The notes under the pieces were generated by a model. The model saw only the letters and a list, made by a program, of their open reading frames with translations. It had not been told where the DNA came from and ran no database searches. Positions 43,408 through 51,191 of a DNA stretch of 64,000 nucleotides are shown here, in pieces. The translations under genes were made by a program, and so were the position numbers. Origin of the DNA: Chloroflexota bacterium (GTDB taxonomy: Bacteria; Chloroflexota; UBA11872); NCBI GenBank assembly GCA_026706485.1, contig JAPOYR010000008.1:42558-106557 (forward strand). Reading direction: 5' to 3'. How positions within the stretch are numbered: position 1 is the stretch's first letter; each line of letters begins with the position of its first letter.

Positions 43408-46330
43408 GGTCGAATCCTGCGCTGGTCAATCCGCCCGGCGCCGACGTGGCGATGACCTGCGGAAAGTACTGCTGGAAGTCGCCGTGGGGCAGCGCCTCGA
43501 GCACGGGCGCCACGGCTTCGACGTCAGCGGCGTCGAGCCAGAGGAACGCGGGCGCAAAGGGCGCGTCGTGGGGTCGGACGGCACTGAGAAAGGCCACGCC
43601 AACGGCAAGCTCGATCCGGTCGCGCAACGCGTCGCCGACCTCCCCGAGTGGCTTCCAGGCTTCGGGGGCTTCGTCCCAGACATGCACCGCCTGGTCCTGG
43701 GAGATCCGAACGTCCCAGTACATCCCGCCCGTCACCCGGCCAATGATCCGGCGCAGGGCGGCCTCCGTGGACTGCCGGACGCCATTTGCCAGCGCATCGA
43801 GCGCATGGGTCATCAGGCGCGAGGCGGCGGCCCGCACGCGACGCCGGTCGACGAGGTCGTCGAGCGCCGCGCGCGCCGCATCCAGATCGACGTCGTGACG
43901 CACGGCGCCGGTCCGGAGCTCGAGCTGTCGAATCTGCGCGTCGAACTCCCGTCGCGCGGCTCGGGCCCGCTGCATCCGTCGGCGAGCGCCGCCCGCGTCT
44001 TCCAATCGATCCTGGTCCAGGTCGGGGAATACGGCCCGAACTTCCGAAGCGGTCGGGGAGTCGTCGCCGTGCGCGCCCGTCGCCCGCACGGCGCCGGCCA
44101 GCTCCGTCGTCGCCCGCGACACACCGCCCTGCGCGACCCGCGCCGTCTCGGACGCTTCGGTCAAGCCCGAGGCTGCCCGCAATTCGCCCACCGCAGCCAC
44201 GACGTCGACCAGGGCAGCCAGTCCGTCGAGGCGGTCGATGGCTGCGTCCGGTGGTTGGCCCTGCGGCAATCCGGCGTCGGTGGCCACCAGCGCGTCGATG
44301 GCCTGGGCGATTCCGGGCAATGCGTTCTCGGCCGCGTGGAGCTTCCACGCCGCGCGCTGCCGGCCCGCCTCGAGGTCGGCTCCGCGGTCCAGGCGCTCTT
44401 GCATGGCGTTCAGCTCGCGCCGCTGGGCGTCGCGGGCGTTGACCAGCGCCGGGTGGTCGTCCGGCAGATCGAGGGACCGGGCCAGCTCCCCCGCGTGGCC
44501 GCGGGCGCGCCCGCTGGCCTCGATCTGGCTGCGGAGCTCGGCCTCCGCGGCCGCCGCGCGCTCTTCCACGCCCGAGCGTTCCAGCGCGTCGACACGGGCG
44601 CGCAACCGGTGCACCTCGCGCTCGGCGTGGGCCAACTCTCGCTGGGTGCGGGTGCACTCGGACTCGAGGTCGTCGGTCGAGACCGAGCTGTCACCGTCGG
44701 CAATGCGGCGCAATCGCGCGGTGGCGCTGTCACGCAGGATGCGCGCGCGCTCCGCCGATAGGGGGATCTCGAGGCCGAGGCGCTCCAGTTCGCGCTCGAT
44801 TCCGGCGCGCTGCTTGCGGCTGACCGCCAGGCGGGCGGCGTGTTGCTCGCTGTCGCGTTGGTCGTGATCAAGCTCGGCTAGTTGGTCCAGAAGCTCCGCC
44901 TCGTGGGCGAGATCGGCCCGCTGGCTCCACAGCGACCAGGCGCCCGCGGCCGCGCCGGCGACGACCACCACCATGCCCAGCACGGCCAGCGGCCCCGTGC
45001 CGGAGAAGCCGATGGTCGCCAGGACGATGCCGAAAGCGACGCCGACGGCCGCCAGCATCAGGCGGTTTCGGCGGCGCTGAGCTTCGATGGTCAGCGACCG
45101 TAGGTCTTGCCTGATGCGAGTGGTCTCGCGCGTCAGGTCCGAGGGGTCGACCTCGTCGCCCGCGTGATCGGGCTCGGCAAGGAGGATGTCGCCGAGCCGG
45201 CTCCACAGGCGGTGCGCGGCGGGGAGGTGCTCGTCTTCGTGGGCGCGTTGGCGCAGGGTCCGGGCCCGCTCGGCGCCGGCCTGGGCCTTGGCCTGCACCA
45301 CCTCGGCCTCGACCAGGTTGGAGCGGGCCTGTCGGAGTTCATGGGCGGTCCGGTGGTGATGGTCGCGCTTCGTCCGGGCGCGGTCGGCGGCTTCCGACGC
45401 CGCGGCGCCCGCGGTGGCGGCGTCACAGGCCTGATCGAGAGCCGCCAGTCGCTCGGCGCCGATCCGGGCGCGCTGCGCCAGGGACGCGAGATCGCCCAGC
45501 CGGGCATCCAATCGCCCGATGTGCTCCCGCGCGCGGGCGGCTTCCGCGGCGCTGCGCGCGTGATCCGCCCAGAGCGAGGCAAGCTCGCGGTACCGGGCAG
45601 CGCGGTCGCGCTCGTCAAGGAATTGCCCGCGTAGCACGCGGAATCTGCGCTCGGAAGCGTCGGCCTCCGCCGCGCGCTCCGATGCCGCGGTGAGCGCCTG
45701 CAAGGCCTGGCGCACACGCCAGCGCTGCAGCGCACGATCCAGCCGGTCGATCTCGTCCTCGTTGGCCGACGCCCGGGCCACCGCCTGCGCCAGCTCGACG
45801 CGCGCCCGCGCCACGGCCTCTTCCTCGTGGTGCGCCGGGCTTTCGGCGAACTCGACTTCCATTTCCTGGATGCGCCGCTCGCCGAGCAGACGGCGCAGCA
45901 GCGCTCGAATCTCGGCGGCCGGCGGCAATTCGGAACGGGGCTCCGGCCGCACCAGCAATTCCAGCGTCGCTCGATCGAGTCCCAGCATCCTGTCGAGCGC
46001 CGCGCGTACCTGAGCCTCGCCGTGGATCGGCGCTGAGCGCGGTCCGCGGTTGATGAACAGCTCCGCCTCGTCCCCGCCGGTGGCCCGCAGGGTGCGCCGC
46101 ACGGTGAGCGGTCGTCCACCGGCGGCGAGCGCGCACTCCACCATCGCCCCGTCGGACCGGGCGCGCATGCCGTCGGGCGGGCCGTAGAGGCAGGTCAGCA
46201 GCGCCGCCTTCAACGCCTGCGCCTGGTCAGGCGGACCCGTGATCAGGTGATGGCCCTGCGGCTGAAACTCCAGGTCCACCCGGTGCATGGCGCCAAGCTC
46301 GCGGACCGTCAGCCGCTCCAGGAGAATCAT
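43325..46330 (-). CDS. SbcC/Rad50-like SMC-fold protein with long coiled coil and degenerate ATPase motifs
   Basis: 1001 aa. The N-terminus LLERLTVRELGAMHRVDLEFQPQGHHLITGPPDQAQALKAALLTCLYG aligns to the Rad50/SbcC head, but Walker A GP.G.GKS/T reads GPPDQAQA. The middle is rich in heptad-like AEL/R segments. The C-terminus reads AFLWLDAAD (Walker B without the catalytic E) and has no LSGG or H-loop. Confidence 0.75.
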   Translation of the reverse strand: MILLERLTVRELGAMHRVDLEFQPQGHHLITGPPDQAQALKAALLTCLYGPPDGMRARSDGAMVECALAAGGRPLTVRRTLRATGGDEAELFINRGPRSAPIHGEAQVRAALDRMLGLDRATLELLVRPEPRSELPPAAEIRALLRRLLGERRIQEMEVEFAESPAHHEEEAVARARVELAQAVARASANEDEIDRLDRALQRWRVRQALQALTAASERAAEADASERRFRVLRGQFLDERDRAARYRELASLWADHARSAAEAARAREHIGRLDARLGDLASLAQRARIGAERLAALDQACDAATAGAAASEAADRARTKRDHHHRTAHELRQARSNLVEAEVVQAKAQAGAERARTLRQRAHEDEHLPAAHRLWSRLGDILLAEPDHAGDEVDPSDLTRETTRIRQDLRSLTIEAQRRRNRLMLAAVGVAFGIVLATIGFSGTGPLAVLGMVVVVAGAAAGAWSLWSQRADLAHEAELLDQLAELDHDQRDSEQHAARLAVSRKQRAGIERELERLGLEIPLSAERARILRDSATARLRRIADGDSSVSTDDLESECTRTQRELAHAEREVHRLRARVDALERSGVEERAAAAEAELRSQIEASGRARGHAGELARSLDLPDDHPALVNARDAQRRELNAMQERLDRGADLEAGRQRAAWKLHAAENALPGIAQAIDALVATDAGLPQGQPPDAAIDRLDGLAALVDVVAAVGELRAASGLTEASETARVAQGGVSRATTELAGAVRATGAHGDDSPTASEVRAVFPDLDQDRLEDAGGARRRMQRARAARREFDAQIRQLELRTGAVRHDVDLDAARAALDDLVDRRRVRAAASRLMTHALDALANGVRQSTEAALRRIIGRVTGGMYWDVRISQDQAVHVWDEAPEAWKPLGEVGDALRDRIELAVGVAFLSAVRPHDAPFAPAFLWLDAADVEAVAPVLEALPHGDFQQYFPQVIATSAPGGLTSAGFDRVADIVDGASAPSPDEAADARWLKAVG

Positions 46331-47445
46331 GCGACGCGGCTTTCGGCGCGTCGCCGAAAGCCATCGACGACCAACCGGCGCGCCCGAGCGACGGTGTCCG
46401 CGTCGTCCGCCGGCGCGGCGCCGGCGGTCAGGTGCTCGGCCGCGCGACGCACCTCCACCACGAACGAACGCGTCGGGCGTGCGTCGGCCGGTCCGGTTGT
46501 AATGTCGAGTTGTGACAGGTCAAGGTGTACCAGCGTGCCGTCGGCGGATGCCCGGCGGCTCAGATCGGCCACCCGGCAGCGATGCCACAGCTCGCGCGAG
46601 AACGCTCCCACGAATTCAAGCGTCACCAGCGGGGCGTCTCCAATGAGCGGCGTCACTCGCTCACGAATGACTCCGGCAGGGTCGCGATCGGCCAGCTCCC
46701 CCGCGGTGAAGGTGACCACGACGGGCGAGACACCCGCAAGCTCGCGAAACTCCGCGGCAATCACGCCGCCCTGATCCAGATCCACCAGGGCGAATCCCGC
46801 CTCCGGGCGACGCTCGGCCACCGCCGGGGCGGACCACCCGGGGCAGATCAGGAAAACATTTTCGAGTTGACGCTGGCCGGGATCCGGCCGGTTGCCGAGG
46901 ACGATGACGTCGGCGGCCATGGCCTCTGGGCGCTGCAGCGCGTCCGAGTCGCTGGTCAGCGCGATGCGGAGGGTTGGATGATGAGGCGCAGGATCGGCAT
47001 GGCCAAACGCCGAAGGCGCGCCAACGTCGAGCGCGATTCCGGCAACGTCGACGGTCCGGCTCCGGATGCCGCCGTCGGGCCGCACGCCGGCCAAAAGCCC
47101 AAGCTCCTCGAGGAAGGCAATGCCGGTGCTGCCGGTCGCGGGATTCTCGGCATCGTCGAGCGCGATGGCCACGATTCCGGCGTCGCGCGCGCGACCGAGA
47201 CACTGGGAAGCAAAGCGAATATCGTCGAGTCCCGGCTCCGACTGCGCGAAGAGGCCGCCGGCGATGAGCATGAGGTCAGCGTCGTCGGCGATTGCTTGCT
47301 CGACGACAGCGGCGAAACTGCGCCTCGAGTGCGCCTGGAAGAGCGCAAGCTGCTCGGCGTTGAGAGATGGAGGCACGGCCCCGATGAGGTTGCCCGCGGT
47401 CAGCACGGCACGTATTGATTCGGCCGATCCCCGCAGGAACCGCAT
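46327..47445 (-). CDS. SbcD/Mre11-like protein with all metal-binding motifs substituted
   Basis: Architecture is MRFL....(motif I)...DADLMLIAGGLF(motif II)...GIVAIALDDAEN(motif III)...VIVLGNRPD(motif V). The canonical residues D-x-H, GD, GNHD and GH-x-H are all replaced. ATGA overlap with the SbcC-like start. Confidence 0.65.
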   Translation of the reverse strand: MRFLRGSAESIRAVLTAGNLIGAVPPSLNAEQLALFQAHSRRSFAAVVEQAIADDADLMLIAGGLFAQSEPGLDDIRFASQCLGRARDAGIVAIALDDAENPATGSTGIAFLEELGLLAGVRPDGGIRSRTVDVAGIALDVGAPSAFGHADPAPHHPTLRIALTSDSDALQRPEAMAADVIVLGNRPDPGQRQLENVFLICPGWSAPAVAERRPEAGFALVDLDQGGVIAAEFRELAGVSPVVVTFTAGELADRDPAGVIRERVTPLIGDAPLVTLEFVGAFSRELWHRCRVADLSRRASADGTLVHLDLSQLDITTGPADARPTRSFVVEVRRAAEHLTAGAAPADDADTVARARRLVVDGFRRRAESRVA

Positions 47446-47451
47446 ACGCAG

Positions 47452-48057
47452 CTACGCCATCCCCTGCCTCCCAGGTGCGGCGACGAAATGCGCCTGACTT
47501 GACAGAATATCACCGCCCGCTGGCGACGACCAGATCGAGGGCTCCTCGGCCCCTCGGCTGGGCGCCAGTTTCAAGCTGATGCCACATCCGTCCTGGACGT
47601 AGGTGCGGCGTCCGTCCCGGATCATGAGCGTGTGACCGCGCCAGCGGCGGCGGAAGTGCCGCAACACCAGGTCGACGACCGGAAACTGGAAGCGCCACTC
47701 GGCGACGAGCTGGCGCGGACCCGGTCCGCGGGTGAAGCGCAAGTCACGCCGCGCGGCGTGCACTTCGCGGTAGACCTGATGCCCCCAGCTCAAGGCCAGC
47801 TGGGCTTCGCGCGAACCGCGACCCAGCACGAACGAGGCGCCGTGCTCCAGCACCTGGCCGGCCACGGCGCGCAGCACCCGATCGCGATCAGGCGCGGGAT
47901 GGCGCAGGGCGTAGCCGTAGAGACGTGCGAGCCGCGCCAGGCGCCGGCGGTCGCGGCGCACAGCCGCCAGTCGCGACCGCACCACGTCCGGTCCGCCGCC
48001 GCGCTCGTCGGCAACCTGCCGCAGCAGGGCAAAGAACGTGTCGGGCACGCGGCTCAT
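47452..48057 (-). CDS. DUF4130-like protein (TIGR03915-type putative DNA-metabolism protein), tentative
   Basis: The C-terminal segment VYREVHAARRDLRFTRG...LVAEWRFQFPVVDLVLRHFRRRWRGHTLMIRDGRRTYV follows the DUF4130 pattern as I recall it (R.EVHR..G.LRF ... P.......L..HF..R.....W.I.D.RR). ATG 48057 (MSRVPDTFF) taken as the start. Confidence 0.5.
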   Translation of the reverse strand: MSRVPDTFFALLRQVADERGGGPDVVRSRLAAVRRDRRRLARLARLYGYALRHPAPDRDRVLRAVAGQVLEHGASFVLGRGSREAQLALSWGHQVYREVHAARRDLRFTRGPGPRQLVAEWRFQFPVVDLVLRHFRRRWRGHTLMIRDGRRTYVQDGCGISLKLAPSRGAEEPSIWSSPAGGDILSSQAHFVAAPGRQGMA

Positions 48058-48157
48058 GCTGGCCTCCAATCGAATTCGGCGCCCACGCTTGGGGACGTGT
48101 CCAGCACCGACTTCATAACTGCGCACGTGGTCGACGAACCAGAGTCATGCCGGCGGT

Positions 48158-48284
48158 CCCCCTCACCCCAACCCTTTGCCACGGAAGACGCTTGCAGAAT
48201 CCAGCCGGAGTTGGGGACAACCGGGCGCATCCGTTCCGCCGTCGGGTTCAGTGAGGGGTGGATTCCCGCCTTCGCGGGAATGAC
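48158..48284. repeat. Repeat cluster: G fragment and composite D-C module
   Basis: CCCCTCACCCCAACCC; then CTTGCAGAATCCAGCCGGAGTTGGGGACAACCGGGCGC ... GTGGATTCCCGCCTTCGCGGGAATGAC. Confidence 0.9.
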
Positions 48285-48307
48285 GGAAGGGTTAGACGAC
48301 GATCGCA

Positions 48308-49549
48308 TCATCCGAGCACCGCGTCGCGCCAGGCGTATCGACTCGAGCTCATGCGCGCCCGGCTGGCGAGCAGCGACGCGGGCGCCAGGACGGCGTCGCC
48401 GAATCGCTGTCGGACCTGGTCCTGCGCCTCGTCCAGCCGCCGCCGCTCACGCGTCTCCGCCGGCCGCAGCGGCAACTGGCAGTAGTCAAAGCTCTCGAGC
48501 GCGGTGGCGTGAACTCCCACCAGGCGGTAGACATCATCGGCGCGCGCCACGCGCAGAAACAGCTCGCGAGCCAACGCGAAGATGGCCGCGCCGATATCCA
48601 CGGCCGCCCCGGCGGTCGTCTGTCGGGTGATGGTGCGGAAGTCGGCGTAGCGCACCTTGACGCTGACGGTGCGCGCGCGGAGGTGCTTGGCACGCAGCCG
48701 CTGACCCACGTGCTCGGCAAGCTGCTGCAGGTAGTCCACCACAACCGTCCTGTCATCGACATCGCGGTCGAAGGTGACCTCGTTGCCCACCGAGCGGCGA
48801 CCGCGCGCGGGAGTCACGGCCCGCGGGTCGATGCCACGCGACCGCACGGCGGCTTGGGCGGCGGTCCCGCCAAAGCCGGCGTGGACCCGCTCCGGGTCGA
48901 TGCAAGCGAGGTCACCGATGGTGGTCACGCCATGCCGTCCGAGCTTGGCCGCCGTCTTGGGGCCAATGCCCCAGACCATGCGGACGGGCAGCGGGTCGAG
49001 GAAGGCCGACTCCGCGCCGGGAAGGATGACGCGGCAGCCGTCGGGCTTGGCAACCTGAGAAGCGATCTTGGCCACCGACTTCGTGGCCGCCACGCCGACG
49101 GATATGGGGAGGTCTTCGCGTTGACGCACGGTCGCTCGCAGGTGATTGGCAATTTCGGCCGGCGTCCCATAGCGGCGCTCGCAGCCGGTGACGTCGAGGA
49201 AGGCCTCGTCCAGCGACAGCGGCTCGACGAGCGGCGTGTAGGTGCGAAACAAGTCCATCACCCGGCTCGACACGTCGGCGTAGAGGTCCATGCGACCGGG
49301 AACGAACTCGGCCTGCGGGCAGAGGCGGGCGGCCTGGCGCGAGGGCATGGCGGAGCGCACGCCGAACGCGCGCGCTTCATAGGAAGCCGCCGTGACCACG
49401 CCGCGTCCGTCGCGCGAGCCGCCGACGACTACCGGCTTGCCGCGCAGCTCCGGCCGCTCGCGCTGCTCGACGGCCGCGTAGAAGGCGTCCATGTCGGCGT
49501 GCATGACCACCCGGTGACCATTCCAGGCGTCTGAGCCGAGATCCTGCAT
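48308..49549 (-). CDS. dinB: DNA polymerase IV (Y-family)
   Basis: MHADMDAFYAAVEQRERPELRGKPVVVGG and SLDEAFLDV. The alternative start ATG 49504 is equally plausible. Confidence 0.9.
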   Translation of the reverse strand: MQDLGSDAWNGHRVVMHADMDAFYAAVEQRERPELRGKPVVVGGSRDGRGVVTAASYEARAFGVRSAMPSRQAARLCPQAEFVPGRMDLYADVSSRVMDLFRTYTPLVEPLSLDEAFLDVTGCERRYGTPAEIANHLRATVRQREDLPISVGVAATKSVAKIASQVAKPDGCRVILPGAESAFLDPLPVRMVWGIGPKTAAKLGRHGVTTIGDLACIDPERVHAGFGGTAAQAAVRSRGIDPRAVTPARGRRSVGNEVTFDRDVDDRTVVVDYLQQLAEHVGQRLRAKHLRARTVSVKVRYADFRTITRQTTAGAAVDIGAAIFALARELFLRVARADDVYRLVGVHATALESFDYCQLPLRPAETRERRRLDEAQDQVRQRFGDAVLAPASLLASRARMSSSRYAWRDAVLG

Positions 49550-49579
49550 GTGCGCGTCGACTGCGGTCGGTGTGCGGGA

Positions 49580-49617
49580 ATAATACCAGACAACAACCGA
49601 ACGAACAAATAGCGAAC
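49580..49617 (-). promoter_or_regulatory. Candidate dinB promoter with overlapping direct-repeat SOS box (GTTC-N7-GTTC)
   Basis: The minus strand reads CTGTTCGCTATTTGTTCGTTCGGTTGTTGTCTGGTATTATTCC. GTTCGCTATTTGTTC lies at 49617-49603. TTGTTC (-35), a 17-nt spacer and TATTAT (-10, 49585-49580) follow. Confidence 0.4.
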
Positions 49618-49686
49618 AGGCGGATGGCGCGTCACCGCGCCGTGGGGGTTGGACTCCGGCAGCCTCCGATGTGGCGGCCGGAGAAT

Positions 49687-50022
49687 CCCCTCACCCCGAC
49701 TCTCGCCCCGTGGGAGAGGGAGCGGATGCAGCCGGCTTGCGCGTGTGCCCGTCTCACCGACCCTCTCCCCGTTGGAGACCCGTGCAGATTCCAGCCCGGT
49801 TTGGGGATGAGCGGGCGCATCCTGTCCGTCCCCAGGTTCAATGAAGGGTGGATTCCCGCCTTCGCGGGAGTGACGATTGGTTTCGCAGAAGCGTCCTTAC
49901 CATTGGAAGGCATCGCACCGCCTCTGGAGCCTCACCTCTGTCATTTCGAGCGGAGCGAGAAATCTAATGGGCGCGGGAGGATTCACAGCGTGCTTAGATT
50001 CCTCGCTTGCGCTCGGAATGAC
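49687..50022. repeat. Repeat mosaic between dinB and lexA (G, D-C composite, B variant, inverted B)
   Basis: G at 49687-49722; D at 49776-49820; C at 49848-49873; B variant at 49939-49968; inverted B at 49993-50022. Confidence 0.9.
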
Positions 50023-50056
50023 AGACTGCGGGAATGCCGCGCGACGAACTCTCGGC

Positions 50057-50695
50057 CTAAAGGCTCCGCAGGATGGCGACGGCGTGGCCGCGGACGCGCA
50101 CGTCGCGGGCGTAGATGGGGTCGTAGTCGGCGTTGGCGGGCTGCAGGCGCACGCGCCCGTTCTCGCGGAAGAGGCGCTTGAGCGTGGCGGTGCCGTCGTC
50201 CAGCATGGCCACGGCGATCTGTCCGTCCCGCACGGCCTCGGTGGGCGCGACGATCACCAGGTCGCCGTCGCAGATGTGGTCGTCGATCATGCTGTCGCCG
50301 CGCACGCGCAGCGCATAGGTGTCGCTCGCGGGCGCGAGGCCGGAGGCCACCGGGACGGTGTCGATGCGCTCCTCGTAGGCGTCGATCGGCAGACCGGCGG
50401 CAATCTCGCCGATGATCGGCACGTGGACCACGCCGGCGTCGGCGCCGTTATCGAGGATCTCGATGCCGTGCGACTGGCCGGTGCGCCGGATGTAGCCCTT
50501 GCGCTCCAGGGCGTCCAGGTGCTGCTGCACGGTGGCCGGCGCCAGACCGACGATGCCGCCAACCTCGCGAACACTGGGCGTGTAGCCCTCGTCGCGCACG
50601 AAGCGCTCGATGGTGACCAGCACGCGATGCTGTCGTTGAGTGAGCGGGCCGCCCATGGGCGACATCCTCCGCGACGCGCGACGCGGCATGACCAA
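50057..50695 (-). CDS. lexA: LexA repressor (S24 peptidase)
   Basis: N-terminal winged helix (LTQRQHRVLVTIERFVRDEGYTPSVREV), the cleavage-site region, and catalytic VRGDSM ... TLKR. The start could be any of the ATGs between 50695 and 50656. Confidence 0.9.
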   Translation of the reverse strand: MVMPRRASRRMSPMGGPLTQRQHRVLVTIERFVRDEGYTPSVREVGGIVGLAPATVQQHLDALERKGYIRRTGQSHGIEILDNGADAGVVHVPIIGEIAAGLPIDAYEERIDTVPVASGLAPASDTYALRVRGDSMIDDHICDGDLVIVAPTEAVRDGQIAVAMLDDGTATLKRLFRENGRVRLQPANADYDPIYARDVRVRGHAVAILRSL

Positions 50696-50727
50696 CGGTC
50701 ACGCGCCAGATGATTCCACGCACGGCC

Positions 50728-50757
50728 AACCTACCAGACAGAATGCGAACGCGTCAA
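50728..50757 (-). promoter_or_regulatory. Candidate lexA promoter with SOS-box-like GTTC-N7-GTCT
   Basis: The minus strand reads TTGACGCGTTCGCATTCTGTCTGGTAGGTT. TTGACG (-35) and TAGGTT (-10) are separated by 18 nt. GTTCGCATTCTGTCT (50750-50736) shares GTTCGC..T.TGT with the dinB box. Confidence 0.35.
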
Positions 50758-50789
50758 CACTGCTTCAAGAAACTCGGCCCATCCCGACG

Positions 50790-51191
50790 TTACGCCTGTA
50801 GCTCGTCCATTGCCTCGATGACGAGCATCGCGCCGGAGCGAACCCGGCGCAGGGCCGAATCGTCGGGGTCGTCGATGCGTCCAACGGGCGCAATCGGGCT
50901 TGCGGCGCGCGGCTCGGATCCACGGCTGGCCGGCGTGGGACCGAAGAAGATGCAGATCGCGCGACCCGGCGGCCAGATCGCCAGGTCGCCCACCGCCGCA
51001 ACGTCCGTGGCGTCGTCCGGCAGGTCCACGCCGACGCCGATGCCGGCGTAGATTTCGTCGCCCCAAACACTCGCCCGCACGTTCAGCGGCAGGGCCTGCC
51101 ACACGGCGTCCGCCGCCGGCGTGTCGTGCAGGCGCGCCTGGACCGAGTAGTCACCCACCCGGATCAGAACGAGCCGTGTCGAAATGCTCAG
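50790..51191 (-). CDS. Cyclophilin-like fold protein (TM1367-like / DUF3830-type)
   Basis: RVGDYSVQARLHDTPAADAVWQALPL...SVWGDEIY...VGDLAIWPPGRAICIFFG matches the cyclophilin-like family pattern. The track start (51356) overlaps GH15 by 169 nt. Likely starts are CTG 51191 (CTGA overlap), ATT 51185 or GTG 51158. Confidence 0.6.
   Translation of the reverse strand: MSISTRLVLIRVGDYSVQARLHDTPAADAVWQALPLNVRASVWGDEIYAGIGVGVDLPDDATDVAAVGDLAIWPPGRAICIFFGPTPASRGSEPRAASPIAPVGRIDDPDDSALRRVRSGAMLVIEAMDELQA

Noticed and set aside
49550-50800. A Cheo-box type LexA operator (GAAC-N4-GTTC) upstream of dinB or lexA.
   Set aside because: No such palindrome is present in either upstream region on either strand. 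Only the direct-repeat GTTC-N7-GT(T/C)(C/T) elements were found.
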